64,000 nt of DNA, taken from positions 3,038,001 to 3,102,000 of the forward strand of contig OX337240.1 of the NCBI GenBank assembly GCA_946965045.2. The letters are read 5' to 3'. Shown piece by piece: positions 44,587-57,011 of the stretch. The position numbers and the translations under genes were made by a program. The number at the start of each line of letters is the position of its first letter. The stretch's first letter is position 1. This stretch comes from Epithemia pelagica. Its lineage: Eukaryota > Protista > Bacillariophyta. The notes beneath the pieces were generated by a model that ran no database searches, was not told the origin of the DNA, and saw only the letters and a list, made by a program, of their open reading frames with translations.

Positions 44587-47500
44587 ATGAAGATGCAGTT
44601 GGACCGCAAGGGCCTCATGGCCGCTTGTAGTGTCATGTTCTTGGGAGTCCTTTCCTTTCGTGGTGTATCCGCAGATGGCAACGGTGGCAGTACGTTCCCT
44701 TGTGTTGCGATAGGATTGGATTCAGAGCTTTGATTGGAGAGAAATGTTCCTTTGTTCTCATTTCTTACTTTTGATTGTTTCAATTCTCTTTCTTTCTTTC
44801 TCTCGATCTCTCTCGATTGTTTGCGGATTGATGTTGATGAACTGTCCTGGTGTCTTGTGTGCTCGCGAAACCTCCATTTCGGTGTTGGTTCCCCGAAACG
44901 AACGAATCATGATCCTTTTCCTCATTTTCGCGCAAACCAACAGTCTATACCGGCGGTGGTGGCTTCGGCGCTTCGGGGTGGGGATACGTGGTCGAAACGG
45001 ATAAGCCCACGGGTGCGCCCACTGGCTCGCCGACGGGTTCGCCCACAGGTTCTCCTACTGGTTCTCCCACCGGCTCTCCGACCGGTTCTCCGACCGGTTC
45101 TCCGACCGGTTCTCCGACTGGCTCTCCCACTGGCTCTCCGACTGGCTCTCCGACTGGCTCTCCTACTGGTGCTCCTACTGGCTCGCCGACTGGTTCTCCC
45201 ACTGGTGCTCCCACTGGTGCTCCCACTGGCTCACCGACTGGTTCTCCGACTGGTTCTCCCACTGGCTTGCCGACTGGTGCTCCCACTGGTGCTCCGACTG
45301 GTTCTCCCACTGGTGCTCCCACTGGTGCTCCAACCGGCTCTCCCACCGGTTCACCGACTGGATCTCCCGTAGTGTCTCCCACTGGCTCTCCTACTGGCAC
45401 TCCCACTGGCTCTCCCACTGGTGCTCCGACTGGTGCCCCGACTGGCTCTCCCACCGGTTCTCCGACTGGTTCTCCCACTGGCTCACCGACTGGTTCTCCG
45501 ACTGGTTCTTCCACTGGCTCGCCGACTGGTGCTCCAACTGGTGCTCCGACTGGATCTCCCACTGGTGCTCCCACTGGTGCTCCAACCGGCTCTCCCACCG
45601 GTTCACCGACTGGATCTCCCGTAGTGTCTCCCACTGGCTCTCCCACTGGTGCTCCCACCGGCTCTCCCACCGGTTCACCGACTGGATCTCCCGTAGTGTC
45701 TCCCACTGGCTCTCCCACTGGTGCTCCAACCGGATCTCCCACCGGTTCACCGACTGGATCTCCGGTAGTGTCTCCCACTGGCTCTCCTACTGGCACTCCC
45801 ACTGGCTCTCCCACTGGTGCTCCGACTGGTGCCCCGACTGGCTCTCCCATTGTTTCTCCCACTGGTGCTCCGACTGGCGCCCCGACTGGCTCTCCCGTTG
45901 TTTCTCCCACTGGTGCTCCTACTGGCGGGCCGACTGGTTCTCCCGTTGTTTCTCCCACTGGTGCTCCTACTGGCGCGCCGACTGGCTCTCCCGTTGTTTC
46001 TCCCACTGGTGCTCCGACTGACGCCCCGACTGGCTCTCCCGTTGTTTCTCCCACGGGTGCTCCGACTGGCGCGCCGACTGTCCCTATCGATACCTCGTCC
46101 GTTACTGCCTCGCCTACTGGCTCCCCCACTACTCCTACCACCAGTAAACCATCATCCGAACATAGTACGTTTCCGTTGCGCTGCCACTGAAACAGACCTC
46201 ACCAATCGTTTCGATTGTGGTGGTTGTCGCAATCGTGAAAGATTGTCTGGATTCTCACATCATAAACTTTTTTTGTTCTTGACAGTGTGCCCCGACGATG
46301 TCTGCGGTGAATGTTGTTATGGAGCAAAATTCTGCAAACCGGAACCTGTTGGAGACCCTCCCACCGATCCGGAACCCTTGGAAGTAAGCCCCACGGCGGT
46401 ACCCACGAATAGTCCCACCTCCGGCCCCACCTCGGCTCCCACCAGTCCACCTACCTCTGGACCCACGGCGGGTCCCACCGCCGGACCCACGGCTGGACCA
46501 ACCTCTGCACCCACCGGTGGACCCACCAGTGGACCTACGGCTGGACCCACTAGTGGACCTACAGGATCGCCCATTGTGGCGCCCACAAGTGGACCGACCT
46601 CGGCACCTACGGCTGGACCCACAGCTGGACCGACCTCTGCTCCCACCAGTGGACCTACGGCTGGACCCACCAGTGGACCCACAGGATCTCCGATCACGGC
46701 TCCTACCGGTGGACCGACCTCTGCACCCACGGCCAGACCAACAGCTGGACCCACCAGTGGACCCACAGGATCTCCGATCGCGGCTCCGACCGGTGGACCG
46801 ACCTTTGCACCCACGGCGGGACCAACGGCTGGACCCACGGCTGGACCGACCTCTGCACCCACCAGTGGACCCACAGGATCTCCGATCACGGCTCCTACCG
46901 GTGGACCGACCTCTGCACCCACGGCTGGACCAACGTCCGGACCCACGGCTGGACCGACCTCTGCACCCACCAGTGGACCCACGGCTGGACCTACGGCCGG
47001 TCCCACCAGTGGACCCACAGGATCACCCGTTGCGGCGCCCACGAGTGGACCGACCTCTGCACCTACGGCTGGACCCACCTCTGGACCCACAGCTGGACCC
47101 ACAGCTGGACCCACAGCTGGACCCACAGCTGGACCAACGTCGGGTCCCACTGCCGGACCAACATCGGGCCCTACGTCTGCCCCGACCAGTGGCCCGACCG
47201 CTGGACCTACGACCAATGCGCCCACGGCCGGACCGACCTCGACTCCAACCAGTGTCCCCACCGGCTCTCCCTCAATGTCGCCCTCCAGTATTCCTTCCAT
47301 GTCTCCGACGGAACCCTGCGTGGACCGACGCTTGGATGTCTGTATTGCGATTGATATGTCAGGTTCCGTCTGTTCTCCCCATGAACCCCTCGAGTGCTTC
47401 AATTGTACCTGTGCGGAAACACACCCTCCCCCTCTCGGCTACGACATTTGCTGTGAGAACTTCGAAAACGAAATTCTTTTCACGAAAAAGATTATTGAGA

Positions 47501-48585
47501 GATTGGATGCTAGCACGCCGGATTATGATCAACAGTTTTCTCTTGTGTCGTTCTCTACCGAGAGTATCAAGGTGAACGGTCTTGCGAATGCTAATATTGC
47601 TGCATCTAACGTCCAAAATTTCACATACATGGGAGGGTGGACCAACACGGGAGACGCCATCAGGCATTGTTATGAGACATTAAAGTTTTCCAATAACAAA
47701 CGGGCCATCATCATTGTTACCGACGGGACACCTACAGCTGGTAACGACCTTGTCAACATTACTGGGAAATTGGAAGACAACCAGGAACATCAGGAGTACG
47801 CGGTGGCGCAATCTGATTTGGTCAAAGGTGCGCACATTGAAGTGATCCCCGTCGCGATCAAGGGCTCCGTTTCGTTTAACGAGAAGTGGCTCAAGGCACT
47901 CGCTTCCAGCCAAAACATGTACCTCAGCGTTGAAGACTTTGACGAGCTCACGAAAACAGACGCAGTGATTAACGAACTCTTGGAAAAAGTCAAATGCGGT
48001 ACCAGTCAAGGTTACATTGATGGCCATTGGGAACCTTATGGAGACGTGGAAACTTTCACTGACCATACCAACGACAACAGTTTCTGGAACTTCGTCGGAG
48101 GAGCAACCCCAAATGCTCCTGCCCATGCGTTTAATCACAACTATTCGCAACATTGTCCCTTCGAGGACGATAACGTTACGAACCATTGCGCCATCTTGCT
48201 TGGAGATACAATCAACAACACTGAAAACATTGTCGAAAACGATGGTTACCTCATCTCCGATGTAATGACCATTAGCGCCAATGCTCATTGGGTTCGCATC
48301 CGATTTGATTACCACGTTCAATTTTGGATATCTCAACTTAATCACATCCATCTTGAGTATTCTATCGATGGCGGAACTAACTGGGTGTCGATTCAGTACA
48401 CTCTTGGAGATCATTTGAACAACTACGTTGACGGTCATATTGAGCGATGGATTTATGTTGTTGATATCACGACACTCGTATTCCGTTTCCATCAGGACAA
48501 CTTTCAGAATCTCACGAAATCAGGTTACCCGGTGGCGTCCTTGGACAACATTTCATTGGAACAATTCATCGAAGAAACTCCGTAA
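44587..48585 (+). CDS. Secreted mucin-like protein: PTGS/PTGA and PTSG/PTAG repeats + vWA domain + C-terminal beta-sandwich; predicted join(44587..44689,44944..46164,46286..48585), about 1207 aa
   Basis: Signal peptide MKMQLDRKGLMAACSVMFLGVLSFRGVSA; two phase-1 GT-AG introns give an in-frame join; MIDAS IAIDMSGSVC, GGWTNTGDAI, IIIVTDG; LEYSIDGGTNW in the C-terminal domain. Exon boundaries are inferred. Confidence 0.8.
44997..47270 (+). repeat. Coding 12-bp-unit minisatellites (Pro-Thr-Gly-Ser/Ala; Pro-Thr-Ala/Ser-Gly)
   Basis: Dozens of CCCACTGGCTCT / CCGACTGGTGCT units (about 44997-46130) and CCCACGGCTGGA / CCCACCAGTGGA units (about 46400-47270). Confidence 0.95.
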
Positions 48586-49010
48586 GATACCTAAAACTAT
48601 GCATAATTTTCTATAATAGTCATGCCTGATTTTCTCCAAGACAAACGTAATTGAATCACGTATAAACTCATCGTGGATACTTTTAGAATTGTGGAGATGA
48701 TGACTCGATGGCGACACTTTAGCGAACGATAGATGAATCATAATATAGCAGCAAAGGTAGGTGAAATGGGAACAAGCGAAGTGAGCGAACACAATCAACA
48801 AACAATGCAGTGTCATGTTTCAGCAGGGTGGGAGTGCGAAGATCTCAATCCCATAGAAATGAAGATATGCTGGATTGATAGAAAGAAACATTTGATTGGT
48901 GTCTAATGAAATGAATTTGATGCAACGTGAACTAAGGATGAGTGCTTCCCTGCCGACTGCTTTCTTTGTCTTGACGTCGCATGGAACAAGTCTGTCTTGG
49001 GTACTGCTCT

Positions 49011-52000
49011 CTACGAGAGAGTATGAACCGTTATCGTGTCGATATACATTTGCTTTCCAGTGTTGTTCCCTTCGTCGTAGGCCAAGAGCTTCAAGTATAG
49101 TTTCATGTTGCGGGCACCTGATGGAACTGTGACCAGTTGATTGATATCCCCTGAATCCACTCCCTCCTCAAAATCGGAACCACATACCCATGCAGTCTCT
49201 AGGGTCCACGAATATCCATCATTGTCCATGTCCCGTGAGTATAGTTCCAATTTCATTCCACGTCCAAGACCATTTGATTGAAAATGAAAGCTAAGCCTGA
49301 CTTCACTCTTGCCTGTCACACTGAATTCGTCACACCACATTTTTGAATAGACGTTGCGCTGGTCGCCACTCAAACGGACACAACTTCCATTAGAACCATC
49401 GCAATTGCTGTTCTGGTGGACATGATTGCAGTAACTGGCCGAGTTACTGTAGCAGTTCCAGCTTCCCATGCCGTAGGTAAACTCGTCGCTGTAGACAACC
49501 GCTGGCGTTGCTGCAGTCGTGACTGCATGTGGAGTTTTCGTGAACAGCCGAACATTATCTATCCACAACTTGTCCCAGTTGTTCCAACCAGTACATTCAA
49601 ACACTATCTTCACTCGTTTACAACCGTTCAGATCAAACTCGACCTCCCAATCGTCGTAGAGACGGTCGTTCTGGAACTCACTTGCTCCGTTGCCACAACA
49701 CTGTAGATCCGCGCGTTCAATGAAACTAGTGGATCCACTGAACCCAGGATGATACTCAGTGCAGCGGGTGATGACTCGCATTCCTTGATTCCTTGAAGGG
49801 GAAAACCCAGTCGCTTTGAAATCGAACACTACTTTGCCCTTCGTTTCAGAGCCAGTGAAATCATCAAAATACTTGTACATCTTGGATGTCCAGCCATCGC
49901 TGTGATCTCGTAGGCGCCAGCAATAAGATCCTCCCGGACAGTTGGAAAGATCGTAGACCCTTTTAGAATCATACGCACAATCACCGGAAGAGCAGTAAAC
50001 ACCATCCCATCCCGCCTTGTCACTCTCATAGGTTGCGACTTCTCCCGATATAACCCAATCAATGGGAGTTGATATACTTGGGGCAGACGTCGGAGACTGT
50101 GTGACCGGTGACGTTACAGGTGACAAAGACCCTGAAGCAACTGGCATGGAAGAGATGAAAGGTGTGCCTGGCTCGCACTTGACCATTTGAACAAGCTCGT
50201 TTACTTTTTCCACGTTGAGGTTTGTGAAGTCCACCACTTCCACGATGAAATTGTCAGACGATGCCAGCTGTCGAATCTTGTCCATGTCGGTGTGCGGCGT
50301 GTCCACGGTTACAGCCATGACGGTGATTCCTGCCAACTTTGCCGACGTGGCTTCCTGTCTGGCGTATCCCATATGGTCTTCATTGCCTTCGTAGCTTGCT
50401 GTGGGCTTTCCATCGGTCAAGATGATCATCGCCTTGTTTGGAGCGTGCCCATTAGACAAAAAGTCGTGACAATTTTTAATTGCCTCACCGGTGTTTGTCT
50501 TTCCGCCAGTGTACACAAGTCTATCAATGTCGTAGTTCGCCAAGTCCGCCGTTTGGAGACTCATGACTTGGTGTCCATCATCAGCAAAGGTCACCAAGGA
50601 AAAGCGCTGAGTGCCTCCGTAGCTGTCCATCGTGCTGATAAATTTTGTAGCAAACTCTCGCTCCATTTCGTGATTGTAGCAGCACAACTCTCGCGAGAAG
50701 CCTGACTGCTGACATGCTGCGACGCAAGAATAAGACGGATAGCGACACGTCTGAGCGTGATTCTCAGGGGAGCAAATGGATCCGGACATGTCAATCGCAA
50801 TACAAATATCAAAATCCTTCTCCCCACAGTCTGACAGGTCGGGTAAAGGAGAACCAGTGGGGAGGGGCATAGTTGGGGAAAGGGTTGGAGATTCCTCTTG
50901 CCCTTCCGCAACATCTCCGCATTTCACCAAGGCCGCTAGCTTGTCGACGACATCCATGTCCAAGCTGTCAAAGCTACTCACTCCAATCACGTAGTCCTCG
51001 CCTGACGACAACGACTTGAGAGTATCCATTTTCAGATGTCCCGTGTTAATCGCGACAGTGGCAAGTCTCATGCCGGCATCCTTGGCGTTGTTGGCTTGAA
51101 TTTGAGCATAAAACAAATGACCTGCCGAATCATAACCCGGCACGCTTTTCGTAGGCGTTCCATCTGTCATGAGAACAATCACATTTTCTTCGTCGGTTTC
51201 ATCTTTCAACGTCTCAAAGCAGTTTTTGATTGCACCACCAGTATTCGTTCCGCCTCCCCCATACACCAGAGTTTCCAGTTCCGCAATGGTATCACTGGTG
51301 CTCTCCGTCAAATTCTGAACAATGAACGAATCGGTACCAAATGTCACAAGAGAAAACTGCCGCTCCGAATTGTGAATCTGACCACTGCTGAACCGGTTGA
51401 TAAAATCGACCGCAAACTCATGCTCCTTTTTGTAGTTTCCACAACAGGTGGTCTTGTCCAGTGACAAGTCTCGACATTTGCTAATGCACGGATTGCCAGT
51501 TAGCTGTTGGCGACAAGATCCAACGTCGTCTGGAGGGGAACAAATGGATCCGGACATGTCAATGGCAATACAAATGTTGATTGGACGATCATCGCAGCCT
51601 GTTCCGGGGACAGGATCCACCGGTTGCAGTGTGGGCGTTAGCGTGGGGTCTTTGGTCGGTGATTTGGAGGGTGAACCGGTCGGTGCATTGGTGGGACGCC
51701 CTGTCGGAGGGTTGGAGGGACCCAGCGTTGGATTCGTGGTCGGCGACGTCGTGGGGTTGTTCGTTGGGGACCTGGTAGGCGATGTCGTGGGGTTGTTCGT
51801 TGGGGACCTGGTAGGCGATGTCGTGGGCAACTCTGTCGGGGGATTGGTGGGTGTCATGGTGGGAAGTTCCGTGGGGTTGCTGGTTGGATGCTTGGACGGC
51901 GACTTGGTAGGAGGTTCGGTCGGAGTGTTGGTCGGAGACACGGTCGGGTGGTCGGTGGGCGAGACGGTAGGACCTTCCATCGGAGCACGGGTGGGTGGGG

Positions 52001-52665
52001 AGGTGGGATCCAAACTGGGAGGGGCTGTCGGGTTGGTCGTCGGACTTTTGGAGGGAGGCTGGGTTGGCACACTGGTAGGATGCGTCGTCGTCGGGCCACG
52101 GGTCGGAGACACGGTCGGGAGTTCGGTAGGTGCCTGGGTCGGAGGCTCGGTGGTAGGGACCAACGTGGGAGGGTTGGTCTCGGACAAGGGTTCCACCAGG
52201 TTGGCTGTCGGACTGGACGTTTTGGCGGGTGGGACAGGAGCCTGGGTATGAGACGTCGGACGGTACAGGATTTTACGTTTCGAAACGCCACACGTGTCTT
52301 GTCTTGTCGCTGCGGATCACAACCGAAACGAAAGCGTGAGTTGCTATACATTTTGTGGTAACCACTCGAAGAACTGCGTTGCGTTCGGGATGAGAAACTT
52401 ACGGGGACTTGCTGATAGATACGAAGGACCAACCGAGAGTCGTTGTGGAACAACCAAAACAGAGACAAGAAGTGCTGTGTGAGTGTTTCCTCCAGTCAGT
52501 CATTTCGAAACGCCCTCTCAGGACCGTGGTATACGTACAAGGAAACGGTTCCGCAAGGACTGCTTGTCGACCATCGAACGGTACTCCGACTCCCAGAGTC
52601 CAAAGAATCAGAAACCAGCAAAGGGACGGAGAAGAAGAAGAGGATTTGATTCGTGTTGTCGTCAT
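49011..52665 (-). CDS. Secreted PT-rich protein with two vWA domains and two C-terminal beta-sandwich domains, at least about 1141 aa; main exon 49011..52309, probable first exon 52539..52665
   Basis: Two MIDAS blocks (ICIAIDMSGSICSP...GGGTNTGGAI...VLMTDG; ICIAIDMSGSICSP...GGKTNTGEAI...IILTDG). Signal-like MTTTRIKSSSSSPSLCWFLILWTLGVGVP before a GTACGT donor. A possible extra small exon at about 52400-52470 is unresolved. Confidence 0.8.
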
Positions 52666-54760
52666 TTGGAAATGGCTTGGCAGACCCAGAAAAAACGGCA
52701 CGGAGATTGGTTGGGCAGCGAGAGAGGACAATTCTTGGAGAATGTGGAGTGTTTTCCGGGACGAAGAATTATGAGACACACACATACAAACAACTCTCAT
52801 CATCTCGAGACGAGGGCATCACACAAGAGGGGACACAAACGTATGGTGAAATGACTGTTTCGAGCATACAATTTGCCAGAATATGTAGAGAGAAGACATT
52901 TGGAGGGGGCAAGACTCCAATGAGAGTTATCAAGGAACAAATGGCTTTCCGTCAAGGGAAAACGTGCTGGGACCATCCGACGGTGGGGAACCTTTAGTCC
53001 GACACCGTCCCATGCGGATCACACCAAACACCAAAACACACGTGTCGGTACGAACGTGTATTCCTCCTTGTTGTGATAGTGGTGGTGGTGTGGGGTGTGT
53101 CAGGACTTCGAAGGAGCACCTCTCGTTGGTTGGACCGAAGGCGATCTCGAGAATAAAATTTCTCCCCCCGAGAATAACACCCCCAGAACGTTTCGTTGTG
53201 TTGCGAATAAACCAAACAGGAGAATCCAACTTTTATTGGAATAAATCTCTATTCGAGAGAAAGGAACTCAACTCTCGTGCTTGACACGGCCGAGTCGTGT
53301 AGTTCACTGACTGGATGCCTGGGACGTTTGCAAGCCCCAAGATGCCATAAGTTCGATTCGCATCTAATGCCCAGCCCGTGTCACACAAGCTCCAAGGGAA
53401 ACAGCGGTTGCCACAAATGACCGTCTTCTCCAAGAACGCACCACCATTGGAACGGTCGCATCTCTCTCGGATGCCCTGCTCACTTCTCGCGGCTCTACAT
53501 GGTAATGTAGGGGACTCTGCTGGGGAAACTGCGCTGCCACCGCTGTGCGTGGATGGGAAGGGAGCTTGTAAACCCATCGGGAAACTCTTTTCGATATACA
53601 CAAAACACACCCAAACAAGAAACAATCCCCCGTGGGTCATTGAGATTTACCAGTGTAACGCTAGGACCCTCTCTCGTGTTCTCATCCAACGGACTGTCAT
53701 GGTCCTGCGACTCGCTCGGCCAACATGATAGTCCCCACCAAGATTCCTTCCCCACGGCACGGTTCCTTTTCTTCTCATCCAACATTCCCGCGGTGACATG
53801 GACACGTCACCAACCATACAGGAATCACATCCTCCTCCTCCTCGTTTCCAGTGCTACTGGGAGGATCCGCTGGTTGCTTGTTTGCTGGCTTCGGAGAGAT
53901 TCGCGGTTCATCCGCATACCACACTTCTTGAAAGGACGAGGTCCATTGAGAACGTTTGGGTGTTTGTGGTTTGTGCGGGGCCCACCACCACACCACCACT
54001 ACGACCGATTACAGAGTACGGCCCCTCATTGCAGGCACTTGTGTGTATACACTACCCGAGTTGGATCGAATCCACTCTTCCAGGAGAGTCGTCGGTTCCA
54101 CCATTCGGTTCCTGTGTCGTTCCAAGCCGATTCCGCCAACAAATCCTCACACTAACACACCAAAGAGAACTTGCTAGTGTTGGTTGGGCGGTGCAGTTCC
54201 AACCACCAACCACCACCACAAAACAAGTACGGCGCCCCTCCGTGTAAGCACTCCTACATGCAATACTCGAGAGAGAGTTTGTCTTGCGCGCGGGTCCAAT
54301 GTCATTGGACTACCCCATTCGTTTCCTGTTTTGTTCAAACACAATTCCGCCAACAACCCGCAAACGAATCGTCGTCGTCCATCATGGTGGTGGTGATGGT
54401 TGTGTGGGGGGAGATGGTCTGGCGCGCGCATCCACAGCAGAGTGTATTCGAAATTCGAACTCCATGATGTAGTATTCAAGAGTCGGATGCAAGTATAGGT
54501 GGTGGTGGGACATGTGTGTCATGTCAGTCATGGTGTGTGTTGGTCGATCGAGTCATGCTTGGGTTCCGCGGCAAGGAGTCGTCCATGGTGGAACACTCGA
54601 ACGCAGTCCATTGTCATGTGTGTGTGTTGGAGGAGCCTCGTTGGACCATCCGTTGTGTCGAAGGTGTACTACTTGAGGAAAATAGATGTCTACTATATTA
54701 AACCAAAAGAAATTCTATAGATTATACAAACCGCTAGAAAATACAATTTCCATCGGTTCA

Positions 54761-55538
54761 GGCCCTGTGTCCAGGGAATGTGTTTTCGAGGTCTGAAATC
54801 GAGTTTCGAGTTTTGAGGTGGGGCTCTGTCCCTACCTTGAAACAACGATCTGGATGTACGTGTCCAGGTAAAAACTGTATTTTCGAGTTTCGAGTTTCGA
54901 GTTTTATTTTTCAATTCCCATGCTTCCCCCCTACCGGCGCATGAACGAGCACAACGGCAATTGACAATGACGACAAACAAATGTCGCTTGAGTACTCCTA
55001 ATTCCTAATATCACATTGCATAACGGGAGAAGGCAGAATATTTGTAGAGCCCGTCCATGGAGCAGGATGCGGGCTTTGTTCCGTAACCATGTCATCTATG
55101 GAGAGATGAGAACTATTTGCTTTTGACCATTGACAGTGGTTGTGACCATTACTTCCATGGCAGCGACAGGTTAATAATACTTGCTTATTTTCTAGAGAAG
55201 CTCCTACTTATATCACATCAATCATTGTGCTAGGAGTACTATTGTCTATGATGGACAAGAGAGATTGCCTCGTTGTTGTTGTCGGAGAGATCGAAATGAG
55301 AGACAGAGAGCCCGGCGGCTGAAAGGTGGGTTTTGTAGGAGCGCGTGGGGCTCTTTGCAAACCTCGAAACTCGAAACTCGATTTCAGAATCTTGGCAAGG
55401 TCGTTGGGGGATTGCCAAGATTTGGGGGATTCGAGGTTGTGTTTTCGAGTTTTCAAGGGGACCATAACCTATTGGCTCAACCTCGAAACTCGAAACTCGA
55501 TTTCAGAACTCAAAAACACATTCCCTGGACACAGGCCC
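54761..55538. mobile_element. PIF/Harbinger-type MITE, 778 bp
   Basis: 58-bp TIRs (54761-54818 / 55481-55538, 4 mismatches) with GG...CC termini; 3-bp TSD TCA (54758-54760, 55539-55541); subterminal TCGAGTT/AACTCGA repeats; no transposase ORF. Confidence 0.8.
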
Positions 55539-56238
55539 TCATGGCTGCGCTGTTCGGTGATTTCAAATTCGCGTCTCGGGAATGAAGCGGGGGCGTGATC
55601 CCGGCGAGTCCCGGGGGAATCCGACAGTGCTCCGCCCTTGTGTCATCCCAGCAAAATCCGAAATGAGACGGACGACACGAACCCCAACGACGACGAGGAA
55701 GATACTCCATACACTCTCCACAAACGGCCATTTCTGGACCGAGCCTACATACCATACAGTTCCTGTCCTGGGAGAAATCCTTCTTGCAAAGCCGTTGGAG
55801 CGGACCAACCAAAGAGGCCAATCCAAAGAGAGGACTCGAGGCACAACCTCCTCCTTCTTTCTGCGGAGTCCAAAGTCGACTCATTCGGAACGGAGTCTAT
55901 GTTCTTTCACAAAACTTGCTATGGTGTGAGAGTGAGAGTGACAGGTTAGCTACCATAGTATGCCCGGCATGGGATTTGGTCCTGATCCCGATCTCACAGG
56001 AACCACTATAGACTTACACTGTAGATTGTGACGTGATGAGAACCAATCGAGGCCTCCCACACCCACGCGCGCTCCACATGACAAATCCAAAACAAATTTA
56101 AAGCTTTCGAGAATTCGTAGTCTAGGTATTCAAAAATCACAGCAGCAGCGCTGTGATCGCCATTGTCATCTCTCCTCTCTCTCGCCTGTTGGTGTTGTTT
56201 GTTGCCAAACAAACATTACATTGAACCTCACAACAACC

Positions 56239-57011
56239 ATGGTCCGCGTCTTTTACGAACCACCTCCGTACGGTCCTCGTACCAGTTTGAATCGTACGCC
56301 CTATGGATTGGGGGGCGGCGGCTTGTTTGGTCGCAACTTGGAATACTGGTCCAAACAACGTCCCTCCGTGGCCATTGGCGTTCCGGTCGCTGTCGGCATG
56401 GTCCTTGCCTATGCCATTACCAGTACGTACTCAAAGTGCACTGCAATTCGTGCGTGTGGTAGTTGCGAATTTTTTGTCGAAAGGAATGAATGAATGGGAG
56501 ATTGTTGTCATGTGGCGGTGTTGGTGAATGCCTTTTGTGGTGATGGATGGGTGCATCAAAGGCGGATGGTTTCGCATCCCCATCCAATGGAGTACCACTG
56601 CATCGACTGTTACAGTGTTGCATGGTCCGTTGGAATCTTGTGATGATTATTACATTATTTCTCACGCAATTTTGTTGTTTTGTTTTCAAAATTTCCATCC
56701 ATCCGTCCGAACGAACTGTTCTTGTGGATTCTTTCAATCGTTACGCAACGTGTTGTTTCAATGGAAATGAAAATCAAATTGAATGGAATTCGAATGGAAC
56801 CCTTTGGACAAATATCCTGGAATGACGGTATTCTCTATTTTGCGGTCCTTTTCCTCCTCTATTCGACGGATTAGGCCAGCATCCTCCTCTGCCCTTTACC
56901 ATGGAACCGGAATATTTGGCGGCGCAACGAGCGTACATGCGATACCACAATATGAATCCCATTTTTGGAGAAAGCAGTAAAAAAGCACGTGCCATGGAAC
57001 CGGATCCGTAA
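56239..57011 (+). CDS. Small single-TM protein resembling cytochrome c oxidase subunit IV (COX4/fungal Cox5); predicted join(56239..56422,56875..57011), 106 aa
   Basis: TM VAIGVPVAVGMVLAYAIT followed, after a phase-1 GTACGT...TAG intron, by PPLPFTMEPEYLAAQRAYMRYHNMNPIFGESSK. This resembles the COX4 post-TM pattern PxT...EW...Q...M...NPIxGxS. The intron is long (452 nt) and the exon join is inferred. Confidence 0.55.

Noticed and set aside
44997-47270. Regular repeat array as a possible CRISPR
   Set aside because: Units are contiguous 12-mers without unique spacers and encode PT repeats; eukaryotic context with no cas genes.
44945-47575. Long ORFs rich in VGEP/VGAP or LVLPL/DPQLD repeats
   Set aside because: Alternative-frame and antisense readings of the 12-bp coding minisatellites.
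52900-54500. Many overlapping 70-200-aa ORFs
   Set aside because: No recognisable motifs or consistent exon structure; cannot support a gene call.
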